DNA of 64,000 nucleotides, taken from assembly GCF_009914755.1 (NCBI RefSeq), contig NC_060926.1; one strand, given 5' to 3'. Both the position numbers and the translations under genes were made by a program. This DNA is from the human T2T-CHM13v2.0 reference genome, Homo sapiens. The notes below the pieces were generated by a model that ran no database searches, had not been told where the DNA came from, and saw only the letters and a program-made list of their open reading frames with translations. Each line of letters starts with the position of its first letter. Position 1 is the stretch's first letter. This document shows, piece by piece, positions 1 through 20,289 of the stretch.

Positions 1-889
1 AACCATAGCATCCTCTGAACCTCTGAACTTTTTTAATTCCATGCCCCAGATATAATGACTGTGAATATTTTTGTGCATTATTCCTAACATTTTCTATGTA
101 TATGCAAACATACATATATTTATACACATTAAACACATAACTTTATTTAAAAAAAACCTGTTTGCTGAAAACTATTCGGCAATAACCTATTCCTTTACTT
201 ACAAAACATATTTCATGTTAGAACCCATAAATCACCCTCAACACTTTTAGGGGTTATATAGTTTTCCATTGTAATAGATATGATTTAAACACTCATTTGA
301 TCACAGTTATTTAGGTTATTGCAATGTAACAGGACAGTAAATGAGACTCTGTCAGTTTTAGTGGAAGCTTCCAAGTCTGCATATAAAATAAAAGGATCCA
401 ACTACCCCTACATTCTATAGTGAGATGGTAGACTATGTAGGTAGGACTTATTATACAAAGGAGGCTTTTGTAAACTGGCTTAGGACCCTGAAGTCATCAT
501 TCATCTTAAGATATAAAACATTCAAGTGTATAAGATTGAAAAAGAAAAGTTAAAATTTTAGAATGAGATATTTTGAAAAATGCTAAAGACAAAAACAAGA
601 GATCTTTTTTAGTTTACCCAAAAGTAGATGGCAAGGATACATTGGTCCAATGTTTGGACAATGATGGCAACAAGCAATAAAGATTAAAACATTCCATTCC
701 TACTTTGCTTCACTTTAATAATCATCATCTGGTAGGAAAGAGTAGAAGTAAAATTGCTGTGTGAGAACTGAAGCCAAAGATGAATAAAGAAGAAAAGAAT
801 AATAGTGCAAACCATGATTCTCTAAAATAATTTATCTCTGCACCTGGAAAAGTTATGTTTGGAGCAGAATTATGAAATCGTCAAGCTAT

Positions 890-1281
890 TGTCTCAGGTG
901 AGCAGATATCTTTGATGAATTCCCTGGCAACAAAATTAAGGAGAGCTGAGAAAATTTGTTTGGGAGAGTTCTTAGAAAATACAGCTGGAAGGAGTTGGGG
1001 CAGGTAGGACTGACCAAAGTAAGAAGCTTTCCTACAGTGTGGCTGCAGCTGAGGTCCCAGCTGATCCTTCTGGGAGTTCCAGAGTTGGGGATGGCTCTTC
1101 AGAGTTGTCCCACATTGAGGCTAGAGAAGTGGGCCATTTTATTCCTGCATCAGTGAGTACTGGGAAGGGTGTGACTTTGGGTAAAGAAATTATGGTCTGC
1201 AGCTAATATCCCCAGCAGCTTGGAGTTAGATGCATCGACCCTATAGAGCAACTCTGGATGAAGTGCTGCAGTATCCGCTGT
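890..1281 (-). mobile_element. LTR16-family (ERVL) solo LTR
   Basis: Similar to recalled LTR16C core (gggatggctcttcagagttgtccc...cagctgatcc). Confidence 0.6.
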
Positions 1282-2135
1282 AAGAAGTAATGCAGGTTTT
1301 TCTTCCTAGTACTCATACATTTCTGTTTTAAGTCCTCATCTTTGCATGACTTTCACCACTTGTATGCTACCCTCAGGCTTACAGGAAATCATTCTGCCAC
1401 CCCCTGCCCTCCACTGCACTGGGGAGAGCAGGGCCTTGTGAGGTTGTCTTGGGCTGCTGGGATACATCATGTGGACATTTGCACTCATTCTGCTCCTGGG
1501 CAGGAGAAAACCCTCAAGCCTTGCCTTATTCACCAGGGATGCCCACATTCTCTCCTGTTCTTGGATTTCCAACTGTCTTGAGGATTTCTCCTCTGTCTTC
1601 CCATAGTCTGAACAAATTTCCATAGCTCAGTGGACCAGGGGTGGAGCTGAAGGGAAGCAGAGGACCAGGAAAAGCAGACACTGCCCGTAACTCATTTTCC
1701 CCCATTAAATTTTTGTGCTTACATTATCTCTAGGCCTAGCTTTTTTTTTTTTAATCTAAAAGCATAAGCTTCAGAAATTTTAGAAGCTCTTTCTTTGGTT
1801 TTCTGCGGTAACAGTCTTTCCCTGAGGCAATGAATGCATTGACTAAATGAATAAAAGGCAAAGAGTAAAAAATTCAGAGAAGGATTTCTCAGGTAATATC
1901 TCAAAATATTATCTCGCCACAATTACACCCAAGGATATTGACAGGATCTGTGATGAGATCCATGAAAGCTTATAATAGCCTTTGATGGCTCATGAAAAAG
2001 GGAAAAGGATCAGATGATCAAAGTCAGGGAAGAGTCTCAGTTTCATTTAAAGAAGGAAGAAAGAGGATGCTGCAAATTACAGATTGGCAATCTTAATGTT
2101 TTACATGAAGAACATTCCAGACAAAACTGATCTCA

Positions 2136-2434
2136 GGCTGGGCAGGTGGCTCACACCTGTAATCCCAGCACTTTGGGAGGCCCAGGTGGGTGGATCATTT
2201 GAGGTCAGGAGTTCGAGACCAGCCTGGCCAACATGGCAAAACCCCATCTCTACTAAAAATACAAAAATTAGCCAGGCGGTAGTGGCGTTCACCTGTAATC
2301 CTAGCTACTCAGGAGGCTGAGGCAGGAGAATTGCTTGAGCCTGGTAGGCGGAGGTTGTGGTGAGCCAAGATCACATCACTGTACTCCAGTCTGGATGACA
2401 GAGTGAGGCCCTGTCTCAAACAAGCAAAGCAAAA
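2136..2434 (+). mobile_element. AluS
   Basis: Full dimeric Alu, aaaact-type TSD. Confidence 0.95.
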
Positions 2435-2789
2435 CTCATTTATTTTTTTGATAGTTTGTCTTGGTCAGACAAAGGCTGTTGAAATAGGTATCTGGACTTC
2501 AGCAAATAACTGGACAGTCTCCTAAAATATCATGAATAAGATTTAAGAATGGGAACCAGAAGACAGAAGCACAGGTAGATTTATAATACAGTGAACAACC
2601 TTGCCCAAAGAGGACTGAAACATGGCCACAGTAAAGTGATCAAGATAGAGGGGACGGTGGAAACGATGGCATGTGAGGGAAGTTGGACAGAACTGAGGAT
2701 ATGAAGCCTGGAGAAGAAAAGCCTCAGGGAACCTAGGGTAATCTGAAAATGAGACCCGTCATCCTATGCAGGCTCATTCTGTGGGGCTC

Positions 2790-3202
2790 TGATACGGTTT
2801 AGCTCTGTCTCCCCCACTCAAATCTCATGTTGAATTATAATCCGCAGTATTGGAAGTGGGACTTAGTGGGAGGTGACTGGATCATGGGCTGGATTTCTTA
2901 TGAATAGTGTAACACCATCCCCTTGGTGCTGTCTTCATGATAGTGAGTTCTCGCAAGATCTCGTCATTTAAAAGTGTGTGGCACTCCCCACCTCACACTC
3001 TTGTTCTTGCTTTCACCATGTGAAGTGCCTGCTCTCCCTTTGCCTTCCACCATAAGTAAAAGTTTTCTGAGGCCTCCCCAGAAGCAGATGCCACAGTGCT
3101 TCCTGTACAGCCTGCAGAACCGTGAGCCAATTACATCTCTTTTATTTAGAAACTACCGAGTCTAGTTACTTCTTTATGGTAATGCAAGAATGGCCTAATA
3201 CA
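2790..3202 (+). mobile_element. MSTA-type MaLR solo LTR
   Basis: TG...CA termini, perfect 5-bp TSD GGCTC (2785-2789/3203-3207), MST consensus features. Confidence 0.9.
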
Positions 3203-3395
3203 GGCTCAAAGGAGAAAAAAGAACAAATTTCTGATGATTAGAACATGTCGGCTGGGCACGGTGGCTCACTCCTGTTATCCCAGCACTTTGGGAAGCCAAG
3301 GCAGACGGATCACTTGAAGCCAGGGGTTCAAGACCAGCCTGGCCAACATGGCAAAACCCCATCTCTACTAAAAATATAGAAATTCACTGGGCATG

Positions 3396-5439
<2,044 letters not shown>

Positions 5440-6508
5440 TCACATGAAAACCTGGGCTGTTGTGAGGTAATAAGCTTAATAGCAGTGTGATGCCATAGTG
5501 GAGATTCATTCATTCCACTAAGTGTACAGAGTGCCTACCCTCCACTCACAGAGAAATAGAGAATGAGGTCAGATGACTTCTGAGAGCTCCCACAGTTCTG
5601 AGCAGCTATGATTCCACTCCTAGAAAATGCAAGTGCTAAGCCAAAACCAAGTGAATTGCCACTTTTTGTTTTTTACCAAAATGTTTTATGTTTTACAGAA
5701 AAACCAGTGATTCAGAAAGAGGTTTATAAAAGCCTGTGGATGCACTCAGAGTCAATTTTATCGCTCATGACTGGCAATATTAATAGAAGCACTAATAAAA
5801 GTTATGATATGTAGTAATAAAACACCTAAGCATGCACTCATAAATCATATTCCCACAGGGTTTGCTAGGGCAGATTGTTTTTCCCTTGTGATTGAAGGCA
5901 GAACAAATTTTACACTAAACTTAGCTTTTCTCCAGGAGACCCATAAACCTCAGTACAGGCTAAAGACTGGAGTAAAACCATGTTGTTTCAAAGATAAAAC
6001 ACCAATGAACATACAGATATGAAAAAAAAATGTGACATTCTAGACTTACACAATGGAAATGTTTAGTCATCATACTTCATAGGATAAGAGCAGAGCAGGT
6101 TGCTCATTGGGCACTCCTAACTTAAAATTCCATAGGTTGGTTTTCTACCCTTCAGTTCTGCTAAGATCCTAAACCAAAAATTTGATGGGAGATTAAAACT
6201 TATATAGCTTTGGTGATGGCTGTTGTTTTTGCAGCTACTTACCCCTGCCTTCTGGTATTAGAGCCTTTCTTTCTCTGTTCCTCTCAGGAACTCCTCCTCC
6301 CACATCTGATGGAGCTACCAATCATCAGATCTCCTCTGCCTCTGGGGTGCGTCTCAGGCTGGCCAATCACGTTCTTCATCCACGTGGACTATGACTGGCC
6401 CTAGGTGGTTATCTGACCCAAGGAAGTCCAGAATCCTTTTGCAGGGATTATTAGAGATGCTAAGAGAATGGTTGGGGAAAGCTTATCTCCGGAGATGATA
6501 CACTAGAG

Positions 6509-6847
6509 CAGGAGTTCCCCAGCCCCTGGGGCCCCATACGGGTACCAGTCTGTGGCCTGTAAGGAACCCGGCTGCACAGCAGGAGATGAGCAGCAGGCAA
6601 GTGAGTGTTACTGCCTAAGCTCTGCCTCCTATCAGTTCAGTGGTGACATTAACTTCTCATAGAAGGGTGAACCCCATTGAGAACTGCGCATATGAGGGAT
6701 CTAGGTTGCATGTTCCTTAGGAAAATCTAATGCCTGATGATCTGAGGTGGAACAGTTTCATCCCCAAACCATCCCCCGAACACCATCCATGGAAAAATTG
6801 TCTTCCATGAAACCAGTCCCTGGTGCCAAAAAGGTTGGGAACTGCTA
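6509..6847. mobile_element. MER1B hAT-Charlie DNA transposon
   Basis: caggagttcccc...ttgggaactgcta termini, perfect 8-bp TSD CACTAGAG (6501-6508/6848-6855). Confidence 0.92.
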
Positions 6848-6859
6848 CACTAGAGATCA

Positions 6860-7252
<393 letters not shown>

Positions 7253-7599
7253 CATGCCAGGGAGCGGGGGTGACAAAAGCCTGATAATGTCTTTTGAATG
7301 CTTGAATCCAGGGAGAAAACATGGAGATATGAATGACTGTGTGGAGCAGAACCCACCTTCTCCCAGCTCAGCTTTGGACTGTGAGGTGACAGAAATAAAC
7401 ATTTGTTGTGCTAAGCCACTGAGATTTTGAGTCATAACAGCTGTTAGCATCAATGATTCTGACTAATACAGTAGCCCACCATATGATTGTTCACTAGTAT
7501 GTCTAAAATTCCAGGGCTGTGATCAACCACTCTCCCCGTCCCCACTCTGACAGTTAATTGACCTGTGAATTTGCCTTTTATGTAAATTCTCTTTCTATC

Positions 7600-8160
7600 C
7601 TTACTGCATTATTGTATTTCAGCCTTTGGTTTCCTGACAGATGTAATTGTCCTGTGTGTCCTTTCTCCAGGCAGAGTGATGTTCCTGGAATGTTCATCTA
7701 ATCATATCATGCATCTGTTTGTAACTTTCTTTCTTCAACCTTATCTCCTGCTAGTCCCTGCTATACCTCTCTATGCTTGGAACATATTTTTCTTTAGCCC
7801 TTGTTTTCCAAGGACTGAATCTGTCTCATCTTTTGGGGGCTCTGTGTAAATATTCCTTTATCCAGTAAGCCTGCCTTGAACATTTAGTCTGATCTAATCC
7901 TAATCTGGCGCCTCTGCTATGAGCTCCCATAGTACTTTCTATTTGTTTTAATGGAGCACTTATGACACCTTATTTACATTGCTTGTCTGTTTCCCCTCTC
8001 TGGATTTGAGGTATAAAGACTCTTGGGCATTGCATTCCCAGGGCCTCGAACAATGCCTGGCACATAGCAAAAAATATATAGGTATATTTTATGTATACGT
8101 ATCTATGTCATATATATCATATGTACATATATGTGCTTAATGACATGAATGAATCAGTGA
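7600..8160 (+). mobile_element. L2 3' fragment
   Basis: acaatgcctggcacatag and gaatgaat tail typical of L2 ends. Confidence 0.55.
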
Positions 8161-8732
8161 CAAAGAGAAAATAAACATAAACGTCACAAAGATCCTCCTC
8201 CCATGCAAGTGTAGTAACTGATGTCTAAAGGTAGTTAGTCTGCAGCAGGTAAAAACATTTCCTAGAAATCTTTCAAAATCTTTCAAAATGCAGTCATGTA
8301 TTTGATTCTTTCTAACATTTTTTTCTTTCCTTGGCTTGGGAGATTATAATATCTCTGGAAGATAAAAATATCTTTGGCTTGGGGCAAAATAATTTATAGT
8401 TAAGAAACTAAGTTTATTTATTTTTCGGATTCTGAGTGTGATTAGTTGCTGAGGCTCATTTATTATCTGAAATGTAAGTAGTTAAAAGTTTTCAATAGCC
8501 TAAGTCAGATATGTGCTACTTTTCAATTTGATTTTGCTTTTGAAGGTAGAGTGACATTAGTAATAATGGGGGTGATTAAAAAAAAGGAATTTATATACCT
8601 AAAATTTCTGTTGACATACTGGTATTGCCAGCATAGTTATTTCGGAGAAGAGGGAAGCTTTATAAGGAATGAAATGAAATAACTGTTCTTGTCTCTGTAG
8701 TTTGGCAATCCATATAGACACAATTTGCATTA

Positions 8733-9033
<301 letters not shown>

Positions 9034-9840
9034 ATTAATGTCACACCTTCTTTTGGGATAGATCATTAATTTATTTAAGAAATCAATAAAAAACAAGATA
9101 AACTAATTTACAGAGATTGTTGAAATGTCTTATAGAAGGCACAGTAAAATACAACAGTATCCAATCCCTTTCTTTCTCAGCTCTGAACACTTATGAAAGA
9201 CATACAACATCAATTTCTACAGAAAAGAAAACCCCACACAAATCCATTCTTGCAGAATTCTAAAAGATAGAGAAAAAAAGAGGGGAGAGAATGAGAATCT
9301 GAAAAAGCTTCAACACTGCCATAGGAATTTTGTCCCAGGCCCAGCAACATGGTTATGCAAATCATTTCAGATGTAGAGGATTGAATGATGCACACGGCTG
9401 AGAACATTGTCTGAAAGAATAGTATCTAAACCTGCATCCAGGGCCACCTGTGGATTGTCACAAGCTCTGATCTTGGCCCATTCACTCTTCAGTTCTCATG
9501 GTTTCAATTCAACATTCAGACATTATCTGCAATACAGGTTTCATAAAGCATTATGTTCGTCAGGGAAATACTTCAGTGGAACATAAAATACTCTGTTGTG
9601 CCAAAGCAACAGCAGCTGGTAGAGTTTATAGAAATGAGCAGAGCCCAATATGATGAATTATAAGCATGCTTATGTTTAAAGCAAGCACTGACATAAAAGA
9701 GACAGCAGAACACAGAACATGCTTCTATTTAGCTCAAAAAATATGCACAGTATCAAGAAAGCCATACATAGTCCTTAAAAGATCTAGGAAATTCACATAC
9801 TAGACCATATTTTGTTCTCTCTTCCCTTGGACATCAGATG

Positions 9841-10628
9841 TGAGATGGAGTAAGGACCTCCTTAGAGGCCTGTGGGCCCCCCCGAAGCATGGAAATTAAG
9901 GAAAATCTTGAGTTCCTTCAAGTTCCATGCATCTAGTTAGCCTTGAGAAGTAAATAAGCAACTTGATACGCAAGAAGGTAGCCTAAAGCAAGAGCCAAGG
10001 AAGCTAGAATCAAGGGATATTTGGTTCCCCTATACAAACCAAAGATAACATTGTAACATATGTCTTCAAATTGTTTTTCAGAAACCGAACCCTCACCAAA
10101 CAGATCTGCTTGCACATCCACTTGCACGTAGACCTCAGATAAGTGAGATCTGGGACCTGAACTCTGACCACCATCTTTTGTTCTAAATTTCTTCCCGCGG
10201 GGCGTGGAGAAAGTCACACCCATGAGCTGGACCTAACATTCTTTTCTGCTGACCCCAAATTATTAAACCTTCTCAAACCAATTGCAAATCAGAAAGTCTT
10301 TGAATCTGTCTATGACCTATAAGCCCCTGCTTCAAGATATCCTGCAGTTTAAGGCCAAAACCAATGTGTAACCTTGATTTATGGTTTTGGCCATAAATCA
10401 TTGATTTATTATTTTGCCTATAGCTTCTGCTTTCCTGAAATTTACCCCTGCTTTACAAACCCTTACCTGCTAGTCATAGGGAAGGTCAAGGTTTAAGCGT
10501 TAGCTTAGCTACCTGAGCCTCCTTGCTTGGCGCCCTGCCAATAAAACACTTTCTTCTGTTGCAAACCACCATGTGGATATCTGGTCTCACGGTGCCGGGC
10601 TAGTAGAACCCATTTCAGTTCTATAACA
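9841..10628 (+). mobile_element. ERV1 solo LTR, MER49-like
   Basis: tgagatggag...ctataaca termini, AATAAA ~10540, 4-bp TSD gatg/ggtg. Confidence 0.75.
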
Positions 10629-11091
10629 GGTGTGAGGGTTAAGATAATTCTTTCTTTTCCTTTATGGTGTAAAATCATCACTCCTGTTTGCAGTAGCCTT
10701 TTCTCTTTTTCCCCTTGATCCCTGCCCCCCACTTCCCTTTCACCCTCTACTTCATGGTGCAAAATTGTCAGTAGGTACCAGGCAAGAGTAATGTGTTTGA
10801 TATATGGCCTTGGTTATATAAACATCTTTGAATAATATATAACTATTTCTGGGTGAGTTGATTTTGGAAACCTGTGTTCATAGGATCATACTATCACATC
10901 TCACTCTATTTCTTACCCTTCTCACCTAATACTAGATTTCCCAGCCCTCTTCATGTTGTTGTATGTAACTCTGGTTCATTATTTCTGACTGTAACAGAGT
11001 ATTCCATAGTATACCTCCATCAGATTTAACGTCTCCATTCCCACCCACGATAAACTTACATTGCCTCTAAATCTCTACTGTCTTAATGTTG

Positions 11092-11393
11092 TGGGCCATG
11101 GTGGCTCATGCCTGTAATCCCAGCACTTTGGGAGACTGAGTTGGGAGGACTTCTTGAGCCCAGGAGTTCAAGACCATCCTGGGCAACATAGGGAGACCCA
11201 ATCCCTACCAAACATAAAAATAAAAAATAAATTAGCCAAGTGTGTTAGTGCATGCCTGTGGTCCCAGCTACTCAGGAGTCTAAGGTGGAAAGATTGCTGG
11301 AGCCTTGAGGAGGTTGAGGCTGCAGTGAGCCTTCATCATACCACTGTACCTATAGCCTGGGCAACAGAGCAAGACCCCGGCTCAAAAAAAAAA
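11092..11393 (+). mobile_element. AluJ
   Basis: Diverged dimeric Alu. Confidence 0.9.
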
Positions 11394-11423
11394 TGTGATG
11401 GGCACCTTTCATCTTTGTACATG

Positions 11424-12205
11424 TGATATGGACAGGAGGCAGGGAAATACTGGGTAGAAGAGGGTGGTCCCCGGCGAGGGCCACACCCTCAAGCCTAGAC
11501 CCATGGCCCAAAGTGAGAACATGCATTCCTGTTTTCCTGCCCGAATGTTGCCTTTTCCAAAACCATCCTGGCCCTTCCCACCACCCCATCCTGTACCCAT
11601 GAAAACCCCACAGGCCCCACTGGTGGAGTGGCAGAGCGGCAGAAAAAGGAAGAAGAGAAGAAGTAGCTGGACGTCAGAGAGAAGCAGCTTGACTTCAGAG
11701 GGATGGTTTGACAGTGAGATCTCAGAGAAGAGTTCAGCCGGGGAAGACCGAACTCCAGGGGAAGACCATCTTCCCAATCCATCCCCTTTCCAGCCCCCTA
11801 TCCCGCTGAGAGCCACTGCCACCACTCAATAAAATCCTCCACACTCACCACCCTTCAATTTGTTCGTGTGACCTGATTCTTCCTGGACGCCAAACAAGAG
11901 CTTGGGATATAGAGGACTGTCACACTGAGCTATGAAACATTTAGCCATCTGCAGACAGCAAAGCTAAGAGAACACACTGTAACACTCCCTCTGGGGCATC
12001 AGGAGTCACAGGCCACCCCTAGGTGCTGCTGCAGGCCCGCATGGAGTTCCGCTCCTGCCGATTGGCCAGAAGTGCTCATCCTGGCCTCTGTACCCTGTCA
12101 CCTGCATGCTCCCCGTCCTGTGAAGGTTTGAAAGCTGTGGGCTGAGTAAACGAGCCAACCCTTTGGCTAGTCCTGTGAGGAGGTCAAGGGAAGTATTCGG
12201 TTTCA
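11424..12205 (+). mobile_element. LTR1-family (ERV1) solo LTR
   Basis: tgatatggacaggaggcagggaaatactgggtagaagaggg start, ...ggtttca end, TSD catg/catt. Confidence 0.85.
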
Positions 12206-12584
12206 CATTCACCTCCTCAACAATCTGTGTGTGAGTTGTTCTAAGGAAGGTGAGAACGATTGATTGATTATTTGATATATAAATACTTCATTCCAAAATG
12301 GCTGCAGAAGCCTACTACTCCCCAACCTTCAGCAGTAAATGAGGGTTGCTCTTCCCCACATCCTTACTAACACTTGGGATCATATGACTTTCCAATTTTA
12401 GCAATACTATCTTATGGTTTTAATTTGTATTTTGCTTATTTACTTGTGATTTTGGATCTTTTCCTAAAAACTATGTACTTGGGCTTCCCCTCTGTAAACC
12501 TATTTATATTCTTGACCTATTTTTATATTGGACAATCTTGTATTTTTTTCTTATTGATCTGCTAGAGTACTTCAAATTACCCTA

Positions 12585-12775
12585 GTTCTGCACTGCTCCA
12601 TATGGTAACCACTAGCCACAGATGGCTATTTAAATTTAAATGAATTAAAACTAAAAATTCAGTTGTACAGTTGCACTATCCCCATTTCAAGTGCTTGGTA
12701 ACCCAGTGTGGATAGTGACTACCATATTGGAGAGAACAGACAGAAAACATTTCATCATCACAGAAAGCTCTATCT
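12585..12775. mobile_element. MER3/MER33-like hAT-Charlie fragment
   Basis: ggtaaccactagccaca...atttcaagtgct...catcacagaaag. Confidence 0.7.
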
Positions 12776-12827
12776 TCTCCCAAATGATCATCCAATTGTG
12801 AGTCTTATCTACCATGTCCTTCACTGA

Positions 12828-13434
<607 letters not shown>

Positions 13435-13700
13435 TAACAAATTACCACATAAACGTGTCTATTTTGAGTTTTCTATTCTTTTCTATTTCATTCCATCCCA
13501 TCCCATTGTATGTCATTCTATTCCACAATTAGTTTGTTTGGCTTGTGCCAGATGTGTACTGATTGTTGTGTTGTTTACTAGAAGACACAGTCCTCTCTTA
13601 AAGCAGATTCTCCTAATTATGATTCAGTATTCATTCTCTTTCATTTTCACTAACAGAACTAACCTTCTTTGCTTGTGCATGTGCACTTAACATCCACCAT

Positions 13701-14142
13701 TGTGGACTGGCCTCCCAGTTTTGTTTGGGACAGCAATATATATACTCAGCCAAAATATTCATTTTCTCAGACCCTTGCAGCAGAGGTTAGCTGCTGTGGT
13801 AAGGTTATAAATAATGAGATGGAGACAAAATTCCCTAGGGTGATTTTTGTTTCCTGAGTAAAAAGATCTCACAGAAAGTCATTCTTCTCTTTTCCCTTTC
13901 CTTCTTTTCTTGCCTAGAATGTAGACAATATTCTGAGGTAACATACATGGGGACAAAGGTATATATCCTAAGGATATAAGGACAGGAAAACTCAAAGAAC
14001 CTCTATGACTGGTAGCATTGTTTAGCTGTCAATATCAACCCAACTGTCTCTTGGCCTGTAGCATGAGTTAAATCATCCCTTGTCTATGCAACTCTTATGT
14101 TACGGTTTTCTGATATTTGTATACGAATACTCTTCTGACACA
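13701..14142 (+). mobile_element. Old MLT1 (J/K-like) LTR
   Basis: Weak similarity to MLT1 core; TG...CA ends. Confidence 0.45.
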
Positions 14143-14246
14143 GCCTACCTTTCCCCTTCTTTTCTGAAATTGCTTTACTTGGACTTTAATTTTTCTATAT
14201 AAACTTTAGAATAAAGTATTCAGGTCTCTTAAAAACCTTCCCTTGA

Positions 14247-14544
14247 GGCCGGACGTGGTGGCTCACACCTGTAATCGCAGCACTTTGGGAGGCCGAGGCA
14301 GGTGGATCGTCTGGGGTAAGGAGTTCAAGACCAGCCTGGCCAACATGGTGAAACCCCGTCTACTAAAAATACAAAAATTAGCTGGGCATGGCAGCCTGTA
14401 ATCCCAGCTATAGGGAGGCTGAGGCAGGAGAATCACTTGAACCCAGGAGGCGGAGATTGCAGTGAGCTGAGATTGCATCATTGCACTCCACTCCAGCCTG
14501 GGTGATAGAGTGAGACTCTGTCTAAAAAAAATTAAAAAAAAAAA
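14247..14544 (+). mobile_element. AluS
   Basis: Full Alu; TSD aaaaaccttcccttg. Confidence 0.95.
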
Positions 14545-14768
14545 CCTTCCCTTGGAATTTTGACTGGAATTGCATTAAACTTATAGATTAATATAGGAAA
14601 AAGGGAACTCTTTACAATAATAAGTCATCCCAACTGCAAATACAGTGTATTACTCCATTTATTTAGATCTTTCTTCGTGAAAGAATTTTAGTGAGTTTTT
14701 TTGGTAAAGATCCAGTGCATGCTTTGTTGGGCTAATTTGTGATGGAAGATCCAGTACAAAATGCTTAT

Positions 14769-15610
<842 letters not shown>

Positions 15611-16095
15611 CTATTTGATGTTTTGTATTTGTTGATTTTCTTTCTTTTTTTTTTTTTTTTTGGTCCATTTTCTTGACACTTCCAATTGATCAAAATCAAA
15701 ACTGATCATTTTCTAGAAATGCTTATTAACTTTCCAAATTACTGTATGCACTGCTGATTCTGATAATTTATAGTGCTAAGAGCATTCCTACATTTTTTGT
15801 AGATAAAGCCAATCTATTTTTTTGTTTTGCTTGTAGTTTTTTTAATTAAAGTTTTTTGAAAAGTACAATATGTAACAAACTCCCATAAGCCAGCCTTGCA
15901 GATGAACAAATATTGACATTTTATATTTGCTTCAATTCAATTCTCTTCTTTTTAATAAAAATATAATAAAGTTTTTATTTTATGTATTAGCTTTATTTTA
16001 TTTAATAATAAAATTATTATGACCAATGAAAATTTCCTACTTCTCTTTTTCCTTTCTGATATCTCACCTTCCCAGTATTGTTTTATGGATTTTAA

Positions 16096-16437
<342 letters not shown>

Positions 16438-16509
16438 CAAGTCTATGATATTTCTGCAATTTTCATTCAACATTATGTTTTTTAGTTCTTGCCGTGTTAG
16501 AAGATATAG

Positions 16510-16854
<345 letters not shown>

Positions 16855-17518
16855 GTAATCTACTTATTTTAACGTCTGGATAGTATTTTATAAATTCCTT
16901 TACTGAGAGACTTTTGGATTATTTCCACTCATTTGTTATTACAGTCATTGCTGCAGTGAACTTTGAACATGTTTCCTTTTTCATGTTCAGGTACAAAGAA
17001 TTCCTCAATCCTACCTTCTAATCTCTTGATTAAGGCAATCTATTCTTAAAATGCAAAAAAAAAAAAAAGATAAGGTTTTTTATTTTCAAAAAGAAAATAC
17101 ATAATTTATAAAAACTCTAAGGATACTTTACCCTTTTTATATGAAGTAACTGCAGTGTATTAGTGCATTATAATGAACAGTCATTGTAATTGCATTTCAT
17201 GAAGGAACTCTTTTCAGAATGTCAACATTCTTTATTCCATTGAAAACTAATTGTTTAAAATACTCCCTGCTTTTCCCCCTCAAATCAAGCACAACCTAAA
17301 ATGTAGACTTGCATAACTGTTTCATCAGAAATAGTGAAATCTCACTATATGTGTTTAAGTCTACAATATCACTGCATTGTTCAATATATAAATCTAGTAT
17401 TTGTCTGAACACTTATACCCTATATATGTTTCTATATACTATAGAAGCAGTAGGATTTACATGACTGCATATTTATTTCACAGTAAAATTTATATAAAAA
17501 TGTATTTCATTCCTATAA

Positions 17519-18415
<897 letters not shown>

Positions 18416-18442
18416 AAATGAGACATATCTACAGAAGGTCTA

Positions 18443-19168
<726 letters not shown>

Positions 19169-19909
19169 GTCTACTACCCTCCTCCCTCCAATGCAAACAA
19201 AATAAAAAAGCGCATAGAAAAAAACTCAAACCGTACCAAAGGGTAAACAGTAAGTCTCCTTCCTACTCCAGAACTTAAGTTCCCCAGAATCCCTGGCTCA
19301 GTTTATAATACATAAGCTGTTTATATAACTGTTTATGTTATTGCAGGATTTCAATAACACTTATGAGAAAGAAGAGTCTAGAACGGGTTAATGAATCTGC
19401 ATTAGAACTGACTCAAGTGATTTCTGTATAAGGCAGCTTTGTAGATAACTTTTAAAAAATGTTTCATGTTTCCAAGTATTCTTTAGTTCCCACTTTGACC
19501 TGTTCTGGAGCAGCTCCCTGACGCTGGCAGTTTGGTGCTCTGTTCTGGAACACATTTTCTGTTGAAGGACCCTTCACTGCTCAGTTAGAACATTTCACAT
19601 GCTCCCCGCTAAACATCCACAGAGGTCACTTATTCTGCCTATTTCTCTTCACTGGATATTCCTTTAATGCCTACCAAACAGCCTCAGTTGGCCCCGTACC
19701 TGATACACCTTAACCCATTTAAAATTATTCTTTTATCAAGGATAAATAAATGTTGGGACTTTTTGGTCTACAGAATTCTTTATCATCCTTAGGATATTTA
19801 GAAATAGTATAATCAATAATTTTTGTTTTTCTCCCATTTTAATCCACTTTTCTGTAGATTTACATTTAAGTCACCATAATTTAGTTGATTTGATTAAGTA
19901 AATACATAA

Positions 19910-20289
<380 letters not shown>

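Noticed and set aside
11350-12212. Several 70-138 aa ORFs
   Set aside because: Lie within the GC-rich LTR1 solo LTR
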